From the IMG/VR virus record IMGVR_UViG_3300047317_001031, positions 64,001-128,000 of that record: a stretch of DNA of 64,000 nt; one strand, written 5' to 3'. Below the pieces are notes generated by a model that saw only the letters and a program-made list of their open reading frames with translations, ran no database searches and had not been told where the DNA came from. Below, piece after piece: positions 58,692-64,000 of this stretch. This DNA is from a virus. Lineage: Duplodnaviria > Heunggongvirae > Uroviricota > Caudoviricetes. Every line of letters starts with the position of its first letter. Position 1 is the stretch's first letter. The position numbers were made by a program, and so were the translations under genes.

Positions 58692-59213
58692 CTGAGAAGT
58701 ACGGGACCATGCGATTTCTGCGGGACAAACCGAAACCTGCGCCCTTCCGATTGGAAGAAGGCCTCCCCCAAAATACATGCGCTTCGTCATCGCGACGGCG
58801 ACGATTGCTATTTATGTGATCTCCCGATACTTTTTGAAGTCCAGGAAAGGAATCCGTGCGCTCCTAGTGTTGAGCATGTCGTCCCGAAGTATCTCGGCGG
58901 GTGCTCTTGCCTATCGAATATAAAACTAGCGCATTATTTTTGCAATCATTGCAAGGGCGGAGGAACCGTAGAAGATTTTTTGCAAGGTAAAATTATCCAT
59001 GCGAGAAAATATATTCTTTGGGTTCTTGTGAATAGTACAAAGAAAACTGATCCGCGTCGCTCCGCATGGCTTATCGCTTCTAAAAGGAATGGAGAATCAA
59101 GAGGATCAAAGGCTTCTATTAAGAGAGAAGAACGCGCTAGGAGGATGTATGAAGGGCGAAATCTATCCGGGGCTATGGTCTTCGAAGTGGGATCATTGGA
59201 CGGGAAAAGTTAA
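58692..59213 (+). CDS. HNH endonuclease, probable CTG start (mostly missed by track)
   Basis: RDGDDCYLC...SVEHVVPK.LGG...SNIKLAHYFCNHCKG; frame open from 58677; GGAGGA 8 nt before CTG. Confidence 0.7.
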   Translation: MRSTGPCDFCGTNRNLRPSDWKKASPKIHALRHRDGDDCYLCDLPILFEVQERNPCAPSVEHVVPKYLGGCSCLSNIKLAHYFCNHCKGGGTVEDFLQGKIIHARKYILWVLVNSTKKTDPRRSAWLIASKRNGESRGSKASIKREERARRMYEGRNLSGAMVFEVGSLDGKS

Positions 59214-59277
59214 GGGCTTCGGTAAGCGATACATCCGGCGTTGGCAGCGGCGGAATGCGAATCGGGATAAGCAATGA
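59149..59277 (+). CDS. 42-aa Arg-rich peptide
   Basis: AGGAGG RBS; GKRYIRRWQRR; ATGA overlap with next gene. Confidence 0.65.
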   Translation: MKGEIYPGLWSSKWDHWTGKVKGFGKRYIRRWQRRNANRDKQ

Positions 59278-59585
59278 AGATCGCGATCAACACGCAATCC
59301 CCTGGAACCTTCGCACTATCCGATGAGGCCATGGATGAGATTCATAAACGCGGCCTTGATCTAGAACATGATGACTATTTCCTCTGCCGCGATGTTCGTA
59401 CTCATTCCATCGTTATTAAAGCGATAGAGTTGCTAGGGGATCAAGCGAATCGGAAGGATCTGTTCGGTGAACGCCCGATGTGCGAAATTAAGATCGTGGA
59501 AATTCCCGACGACGTAATCAACTGGTACATTATGGAAGACGATGCCGGCGTTGAGTCCATCCATGAAGGACGCATATGGAAATGA
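59274..59585 (+). CDS. conserved phage hypothetical protein
   Basis: F.LS.EA...IKIVEIPDDV.W.I.EDD.G.E.IHE. Confidence 0.8.
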   Translation: MKIAINTQSPGTFALSDEAMDEIHKRGLDLEHDDYFLCRDVRTHSIVIKAIELLGDQANRKDLFGERPMCEIKIVEIPDDVINWYIMEDDAGVESIHEGRIWK

Positions 59586-59839
59586 ATACGTACGATCCCA
59601 GGCATCTCCTGATAAAGGCATCCGAGCAATACGGGGAAGAATGGTGGAGCGATCCTGTTGATGCGGATGGGTCTTCCTTATGGGATAAGCGTCTTGCCCA
59701 TATGCGTCATCAGGCCTATATTGATCTATGGTCCCGATACCTTGAATTATATGTTCCCTATTTGAGGAAACTTCTGAAGAAGCATGGTCCGTTTCTCGCG
59801 TATCTTATGATGAGGGAAACTCAGCGTGCGAAAAAGTGA
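59576..59839 (+). CDS. hypothetical protein
   Basis: Operon-packed. Confidence 0.55.
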   Translation: MEMNTYDPRHLLIKASEQYGEEWWSDPVDADGSSLWDKRLAHMRHQAYIDLWSRYLELYVPYLRKLLKKHGPFLAYLMMRETQRAKK

Positions 59840-59963
59840 AGTATTCCCTGATTCCATGAACGTGTTCCCCGATTTCCCAAGTCCGCCTACAAAGCGTTGG
59901 TGCAAGCGCTACCGCTGCCGTTGGTTACGACGACGTGCAAGACGAAGCGTATTCTCAGATTAA
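59826..59963 (+). CDS. 45-aa Arg-rich peptide (not in track)
   Basis: GAGGGA 8 nt before GTG; KRWCKRYRCRWLRRRARR. Confidence 0.55.
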   Translation: MRKSEVFPDSMNVFPDFPSPPTKRWCKRYRCRWLRRRARRSVFSD

Positions 59964-59991
59964 AATCTTTGTTCGGAAATAAGAACAAGGC

Positions 59992-60021
59992 TTGACAAAA
60001 CATATGACGACAGGATACGCT
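59992..60021 (+). promoter_or_regulatory. promoter of tRNA array (TTGACA-N18-TACGCT)
   Basis: Perfect -35; ATG 6 nt after the -10. Confidence 0.7.
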
Positions 60022-60027
60022 CTAGGC

Positions 60028-60168
60028 ATGAGAACCGTAGGCATAGTCTCAGAACAGCCCAAGCCGTCCGCAAAAACAGCGGATTGCTTTAGCTATGCCC
60101 GCCAATCGTGGAATATTATGACCTTGAATTTCGGGAACACGCACGGTTGGAGCGGAACAGGCGGCTAA
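60028..60168 (+). CDS. leaderless codon-diverse leader peptide (46 aa)
   Basis: MRTVGIVSEQPKPSAKTADCFSYARQSWNIMTLNFGNTHGWSGTGG; 38 distinct codons. Confidence 0.7.
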   Translation: MRTVGIVSEQPKPSAKTADCFSYARQSWNIMTLNFGNTHGWSGTGG

Positions 60169-60232
60169 GTCGGAAGGTAGTCTCAATCAAGTTTGAGAGC
60201 ACCTCTCGGCAATAGCCGGGGGGTGTTTCTCT
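60169..60232 (+). terminator. attenuator: antiterminator 60169-78/60201-10 versus terminator 60200-10/60215-25 plus T-rich tail
   Basis: CACCTCTCGGC-AATA-GCCGGGGGGTG-TTTCTCTT; GTCGGAAGGT pairs 9/10 with ACCTCTCGGC. Confidence 0.75.
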
Positions 60233-60237
60233 TATAT

Positions 60238-60314
60238 GGGGTCGGATGCCGAAGCGTCGAGGCGCATGCCTGTGAAGCATGATCAAGCGGATTCGAGTTC
60301 CGCTCGACCCACCA
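60238..60314 (+). tRNA. tRNA-His(GTG), G-1 encoded, A73
   Basis: Cloverleaf; loop CTGTGAA; CCA. Confidence 0.92.
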
Positions 60315-60320
60315 AGTTTG

Positions 60321-60338
60321 AACCTTGAAAATTGAATA
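60321..60338 (+). promoter_or_regulatory. boxA-like antitermination element
   Basis: AACCTTGAAAATTGAATA resembles the rrn-leader CTTTGAAAACTGAA motif. Confidence 0.4.
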
Positions 60339-60350
60339 CGAAACAAAATC

Positions 60351-60442
60351 GCCTGCTTAATGTAACGATAGCATGGCCTGTTTGCTCATGGGATTCTCAT
60401 GCGCAAACAGGAGAGAGACGTTCAACTCGTCAGCGGGCGCCA
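60351..60442 (+). tRNA. tRNA-like RNA with a 20-nt insertion in the anticodon loop (identity unclear)
   Basis: 7-bp acceptor, D arm, T loop TTCAACT, CCA; anticodon arm extended. Confidence 0.6.
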
Positions 60443-60447
60443 ATTTT

Positions 60448-60536
60448 GGAGAGATGGCCGAATCAGGTAAGGCAACGCACTGCTAAGGCGTCGAGTCCGT
60501 AAGGATGTATGGGTTCAAATCCCATTCTCTCCGCCA
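60448..60536 (+). tRNA. tRNA-Ser(GCT)
   Basis: Long variable arm; G73; CCA. Confidence 0.95.
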
Positions 60537-60540
60537 ATAT

Positions 60541-60612
60541 GCCGGGGGTTCCAGTGAACAGCGAAGTCTCCAAAACTTCGCGCGCTCAGATCAGCACTGA
60601 GACCCGGTGCCA
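60541..60612 (+). tRNA. atypical tRNA-Trp(CCA)
   Basis: Loop CTCCAAA; 4-nt D loop, 7-bp anticodon stem, T loop ATCAGCA; CCA. Confidence 0.7.
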
Positions 60613-60613
60613 T

Positions 60614-60689
60614 CCCAGGATAGCTCAGACGGAAGAGCACTTGTTTGAAGCACAAGGGGTCGCGGGCTCGAAATCCGCTCCTGGGGCCA
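60614..60689 (+). tRNA. tRNA-Phe(GAA)
   Basis: Cloverleaf; G73; T loop CTCGAAA; CCA. Confidence 0.9.
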
Positions 60690-60708
60690 ATAAAATCGGA
60701 GAACATGC

Positions 60709-60888
60709 ATGACCGGAGATCGCACACGATACTTTCCGAGTATCCTGTACGTTGACTTGATTCAGTATATCGACTTCGCAACAACGAAACGATGGAAACG
60801 CCGTCGCGTTCGTCGGGATTCAAAGCGGTACACGCAAGAGGGGTCTGCGGAACTTGCGTGTGGGATATCGTCAACCTCGCAGCGATGA
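60709..60888 (+). CDS. 59-aa Arg-rich peptide inside the tRNA array (not in track)
   Basis: GGAGA RBS; KRWKRRRVRRDSKR. Confidence 0.55.
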   Translation: MTGDRTRYFPSILYVDLIQYIDFATTKRWKRRRVRRDSKRYTQEGSAELACGISSTSQR

Positions 60889-60911
60889 TCGCGAAAAATG
60901 CGAGGAAACAT

Positions 60912-60987
60912 ATCCCCGTAGCTCAGTGAATAGAGCGTCTGGCTACGAACTAGAAGGCCGCGAGTTTGATCCTCGCCGGGGATTCCA
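60912..60987 (+). tRNA. tRNA-Arg(ACG)
   Basis: Cloverleaf; CCA. Confidence 0.93.
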
Positions 60988-60991
60988 TAAC

Positions 60992-61065
60992 GGGGATGTC
61001 GCCAAGCGGCCAAGGCAATCGGTTTGCACCCGATCATTTCGAGAGTTCGAGTCTCTCCATCTCCA
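60992..61065 (+). tRNA. tRNA-Ala(TGC)
   Basis: G3:U70 present. Confidence 0.93.
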
Positions 61066-61078
61066 CAAGAAAGGGACT

Positions 61079-61255
61079 ATGATGATCGGCTACGGCGTCG
61101 AGAGACAAATCCCATGTTGCCCCGGCCATGACAAAACGGTATGGCCCGGTAACGCAAGACGTAAAAGAGAAACTGTAGAACGCTTACATCGTATCGCTAA
61201 AAAGCGCGGGCGACGTGAGGGGAAAAGACAAGTTGAAGAACAGATAAATGGATAA
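61079..61255 (+). CDS. 58-aa basic peptide with CCPGHD motif
   Basis: AAGGGA RBS; HRIAKKRGRREGKRQ. Confidence 0.7.
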   Translation: MMIGYGVERQIPCCPGHDKTVWPGNARRKRETVERLHRIAKKRGRREGKRQVEEQING

Positions 61256-61259
61256 TCAT

Positions 61260-61333
61260 TCCTCGCTCGTTCAAAGGTAGGACGGCTGGTTGTTACCCAG
61301 CGAATCGGTGTTCGAGTCACTGGCGAGGAGCCA
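61260..61333 (+). tRNA. tRNA-Asn(GTT)
   Basis: Cloverleaf; G73; CCA. Confidence 0.95.
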
Positions 61334-61339
61334 ATCTTC

Positions 61340-61414
61340 GTGCGCGTGAAGGGAATCGGTATACCTCCGTCGCTTAAAACGATGGGCTTGCAAGTTCGAG
61401 GCTTGTCGCGCACA
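61340..61414 (+). tRNA. tRNA-Leu(TAA), short variable loop
   Basis: Loop CTTAAAA; A73. Confidence 0.88.
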
Positions 61415-61419
61415 TTATT

Positions 61420-61797
61420 CTAGATAACCCCAAACTGATTCTTCACTTCTTGAAGTTGTTTCCCAATCTCCTCAATAATTTCGTCTTTAAGGCCGATTTG
61501 AAAATGAAGGGCATTGACGATACGGCCTCGCTCCTCAAGTAGCGCGTCTAAGAGACGAAACGTGTCTTCTTTAAGGGAAATAATTTCTTGTTGAGAAGAA
61601 ATTGTTTGCTTGTTCGCAGAAATGGTCTCTTCCAATAATGCCAAATGCGTAATAAGATCATCGTTTGATTTGAGTATATCTTCCCCCGTCTTAATCGTAT
61701 CTTTTAATATGTTGTTTGTTTTTACGAGAAAGTAATAATTCCCGATCCCATACATGAGAAGAAGAACCATGACCGAAACGATGGAGATTTCGTACAT
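61420..61797 (-). CDS. TM plus coiled-coil protein antisense within the tRNA array
   Basis: N-terminal TM helix, heptad pattern; occupies a tRNA-free gap. Confidence 0.6.
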   Translation of the reverse strand: MYEISIVSVMVLLLMYGIGNYYFLVKTNNILKDTIKTGEDILKSNDDLITHLALLEETISANKQTISSQQEIISLKEDTFRLLDALLEERGRIVNALHFQIGLKDEIIEEIGKQLQEVKNQFGVI

Positions 61798-61860
61798 GCG
61801 AGAATAGTTCGTACAAGGGATGCCCGATCCTATCGAGGATATGATGAAATTAGGAAGCAT

Positions 61861-61934
61861 GCTCCACTAGCACAATTGGTAGATGCAGCGGATTCAAGTC
61901 CCGCGTGTTCTCCGTTCGAGTCGGAGGTGGAGCA
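61861..61934 (+). tRNA. tRNA-Leu(CAA), short variable loop
   Basis: Loop TTCAAGT; A73. Confidence 0.88.
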
Positions 61935-61941
61935 TAATCTT

Positions 61942-62016
61942 CTCGGTGTAGCAGAGCGGTACATGCGGCAGGTTTAGGCCCTGCGTCTTCGGGAGGTTCG
62001 AATCCTCTCACCGAGA
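61942..62016 (+). tRNA. tRNA-Leu(TAG), short variable loop
   Basis: Loop TTTAGGC; A73. Confidence 0.9.
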
Positions 62017-62019
62017 TAT

Positions 62020-62094
62020 GGGGATGTAGCAGAACGGTATATGCGCTACCTTGAGGAGGTAGGTCTCTTGCTGGTTCGAGTCCAGTCTTCCCCA
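62020..62094 (+). tRNA. tRNA-Leu(GAG), short variable loop
   Basis: Loop TTGAGGA; A73. Confidence 0.9.
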
Positions 62095-62109
62095 TTTGAC
62101 AAAATACAT

Positions 62110-62188
62110 GAGCGGATGCGTGAGAGGTTGAAACGGATGGGCTGTAACCCCATTGGAAACCGCGTTGGTTCGAATCCAACTCCGCTCA
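62110..62188 (+). tRNA. tRNA-Tyr(GTA)
   Basis: Loop CTGTAAC; 10-nt variable arm. Confidence 0.92.
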
Positions 62189-62195
62189 TATTCCA

Positions 62196-62267
62196 CTCCC
62201 AGTAACTCAGTGGTAGAGTGCCTTCCTCATAAGAAGATCGGCGCATGTTCGAATCATGCCTGGGAGA
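62196..62267 (+). tRNA. tRNA(CAT): Met or Ile2
   Basis: Loop CTCATAA; no initiator features. Confidence 0.85.
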
Positions 62268-62271
62268 CTAT

Positions 62272-62344
62272 GCGAGAGTATATCAGTTGGCAGATAGTTT
62301 CCCTCATAAGGAAAAGGTCGGCGGTTCAATTCCGCTCTCTCGCT
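62272..62344 (+). tRNA. tRNA(CAT): Met or Ile2
   Basis: Loop CTCATAA. Confidence 0.88.
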
Positions 62345-62856
62345 CTTTCCATTGCGCGTTGCCAAACTCGTCCGCATAATACTTGAGAAGCGTGATGCGG
62401 CGTAACATTGTAATATCTCGCGATTACACCAACTCTTACACCTGCTGCACGTTTTTCAAACATCTCTAAAACTTGCTTCTCCGTGAGTTTCGAGGATTTA
62501 TGGTTCTCACCACAAGCGATAGATGCATCTGGCATCTTCATGCCTCTAGTATAAAAAAGTCTTCCTTTATCGCGACAATCTATCATGTTTGCGCTTGGCG
62601 TTCCGCTAAAAAGATGAAGCGGATTCACGCAAGAAGGATTATCACACGTATGGCATACAAAAAGTGATGGATCAATCCATCTTCCCCTATGTAGGGCCAA
62701 AGAAACTCGGGTTGCTTGATAGAGTCTCCCCTGAATTTTTATTCGACCATATCCATTGGATGTTGCTCTCCGCCAAATCCAGCATTCTCCTACGACGATA
62801 TATGCACGATTGAAATTTTCACGTAATGCGTCCGTAATAATAAATGGAATTTCCAT
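62326..62856 (-). CDS. HNH homing endonuclease, antisense in the tRNA array
   Basis: GECWIW...GYG...VCHTCDNPSCVNPLHLFSGT..AN; C-terminal KLTE..V HTH. Confidence 0.9.
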   Translation of the reverse strand: MEIPFIITDALRENFNRAYIVVGECWIWRRATSNGYGRIKIQGRLYQATRVSLALHRGRWIDPSLFVCHTCDNPSCVNPLHLFSGTPSANMIDCRDKGRLFYTRGMKMPDASIACGENHKSSKLTEKQVLEMFEKRAAGVRVGVIARYYNVTPHHASQVLCGRVWQRAMERARERN

Positions 62857-62910
62857 GTGTTAATTTTCTCACGCAATTAACAAAGATGTCAACACGTTGC
62901 TTTTCACTAT

Positions 62911-62987
62911 CGAGATGTAGTTCAGCTTGGTAGAACGCCGACTTCGGGAGCCGGAGGCCGCAGGTTCGATTCCTGTCATCTCGACCA
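62911..62987 (+). tRNA. tRNA-Pro(CGG)
   Basis: C1-G72, A73, CCA. Confidence 0.95.
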
Positions 62988-62997
62988 TTTCTTTTAC

Positions 62998-63073
62998 GCC
63001 GACGTAGCTCATGTGGTAGAGTACCGCCCTTGTAATGCGGATGTGATCGGTTCGAGCCCGATCGTCGGCTCCA
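62998..63073 (+). tRNA. tRNA-Thr(TGT)
   Basis: Cloverleaf; CCA. Confidence 0.93.
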
Positions 63074-63078
63074 ATCAT

Positions 63079-63152
63079 CGAGGAGTGGTGTAACGGTAAC
63101 ACGGGTGCTTTGGGAGCATTTGATCGGAGTTCAATTCTCCGCTCTTCGACCA
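63079..63152 (+). tRNA. tRNA-Pro(TGG)
   Basis: C1-G72; CCA. Confidence 0.93.
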
Positions 63153-63168
63153 TTTATCCGCCGTCGTA

Positions 63169-63234
63169 GGGACCGTGGCGCGGATGTATACATGGCTGCA
63201 TAAGGCGCGTCGAGTGCAGTGCAAAACGGTCTCA
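63169..63234 (+). ncRNA. unassigned 66-nt RNA with acceptor-like closing stem
   Basis: GGGACCGT/ACGGTCTC stem flanked by tRNAs; no cloverleaf. Confidence 0.4.
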
Positions 63235-63237
63235 CTT

Positions 63238-63313
63238 GTCGGTGTAGTTTAGCGGCCAAAATCGGTGACTTTTAATCACCTTATCGTGGGTTCGAGTCCC
63301 ACCACCGACCCCA
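63238..63313 (+). tRNA. tRNA-Lys(TTT)
   Basis: Loop CTTTTAA; CCA. Confidence 0.92.
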
Positions 63314-63319
63314 ATCTTT

Positions 63320-63392
63320 ACCCCCGTAGCGAAACGGATAACGCATCCCTTTCCTAGAGGGAAGATACTCGGTTCAATTCCGAGCGGGGGTT
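63320..63392 (+). tRNA. tRNA-Arg(CCT)
   Basis: Loop TTCCTAG. Confidence 0.93.
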
Positions 63393-63414
63393 CATCATCA
63401 AGGAGAAGATAGAA

Positions 63415-63471
63415 ATGTGTGAACATGGCGTTGCCGTTCATGTCCCTTGCGTGGAGTGCGAATCACAATAG
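63415..63471 (+). CDS. 18-aa Cys/His micropeptide
   Basis: AGGAG RBS; MCEHGVAVHVPCVECESQ. Confidence 0.45.
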   Translation: MCEHGVAVHVPCVECESQ

Positions 63472-63486
63472 CTCCGCGCTTCATAA

Positions 63487-63560
63487 TCCCGAGTCGTCTA
63501 ACGGTAGGACGGAACCCTCTGAAGGTTCTTATCGGTGTTCGAATCACTGCTCGGGAGCCA
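63487..63560 (+). tRNA. tRNA-Gln(CTG)
   Basis: U1-A72; G73; CCA. Confidence 0.95.
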
Positions 63561-63564
63561 ATTC

Positions 63565-63638
63565 GCGCGGGTAGCCTAGTGGATTCAGGCATCGAGCTTC
63601 TACCTCGAACGACGGGAGTTCAAATCTCCCTCCGCGCT
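63565..63638 (+). tRNA. tRNA-Arg(TCT)
   Basis: Loop CTTCTAC. Confidence 0.93.
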
Positions 63639-63641
63639 CAT

Positions 63642-63712
63642 TCCGGGTTCGGCTAATGGTAAGCCGATGGTTTTTGGTACCATCTATCGGAGTTCGAGTC
63701 TCTGGCCCGGAG
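63642..63712 (+). tRNA. tRNA-Gln(TTG)
   Basis: U1-A72; G73. Confidence 0.92.
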
Positions 63713-63716
63713 TCAT

Positions 63717-63790
63717 GCACCCGTAGTTTAGTGATAGAATTCCTGATTGGTATTCAGAGGGCGCGGTTTTGATTACCGCCGGGTGCTCCA
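63717..63790 (+). tRNA. tRNA-Thr(GGT)
   Basis: Loop TTGGTAT; CCA. Confidence 0.9.
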
Positions 63791-63814
63791 TCTTTCACGA
63801 TATAATTGCTTCAT

Positions 63815-63892
63815 GCTTCCGTAGCTCAGTTTGGTAGAGCGTCTCATTCGTAACGAGAAGGTTCATCGGTTCGATCCCGATCGGAAGCTCCA
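63815..63892 (+). tRNA. tRNA-Thr(CGT)
   Basis: Loop TTCGTAA; CCA. Confidence 0.93.
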
Positions 63893-63893
63893 T

Positions 63894-63965
63894 GCGTTCG
63901 TGGCCTAACGGACAAGGCGACAGTCTTCGAAATTGTTGATGGCGGTTCAACTCCGCCCGAACGCT
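63894..63965 (+). tRNA. tRNA-Arg(TCG)
   Basis: Loop CTTCGAA. Confidence 0.92.
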
Positions 63966-63976
63966 TTGAAATAAAT

Positions 63977-64000
63977 GACGGTGTGGTGAAATGGGAACGC
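63977..64000 (+). tRNA. 5' part of a further tRNA, truncated by the window end
   Basis: GACGGTG-TG-GTGAAATGG resembles an acceptor 5' strand plus D arm. Confidence 0.5.

Noticed and set aside
61942-62016. Amber suppressor tRNA or genetic-code reassignment
   Set aside because: Anticodon TAG reads CUA (Leu); a suppressor would be CTA. TAG, TGA and TAA all end intact genes, so the code is standard.

Overview
The whole window reads as part of a large tailed-phage genome (myovirus-type); no clear host housekeeping genes are present. Layout: leftward small early genes (1-4.8 kb); a nucleotide-sugar/glycosyltransferase/methyltransferase cluster (5.5-11.7 kb); terminase (mini-intein), portal, scaffold, capsid, neck, contractile tail, baseplate and tail fibre (11.8-37.7 kb); an inserted module with a lipoprotein, RelE-type toxin-antitoxin pair, RepL-like gene and palindrome-rich non-coding DNA (37.7-42.1 kb); signal-peptide-bearing virion-like proteins, a GH26 hydrolase and a split lysis cassette (42.1-49.6 kb); small genes, replication genes (DUF1376-like, DnaB) and an intein-containing C5 methyltransferase (49.7-58.3 kb); and an array of at least 25 tRNAs (60.2-64 kb, running off the window end). 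Strongest new observation: the tRNA array is preceded by a sigma70-type promoter, a leaderless 46-codon uORF whose first 30 codons are all different and which contains all 20 amino acids, and mutually exclusive antiterminator/terminator hairpins. This suggests an attenuator that switches on the tRNA array when any host tRNA is depleted or cut. Many genes look leaderless. Host assignment is not possible from the sequence alone. All family names are from motif recognition by eye, not database searches.
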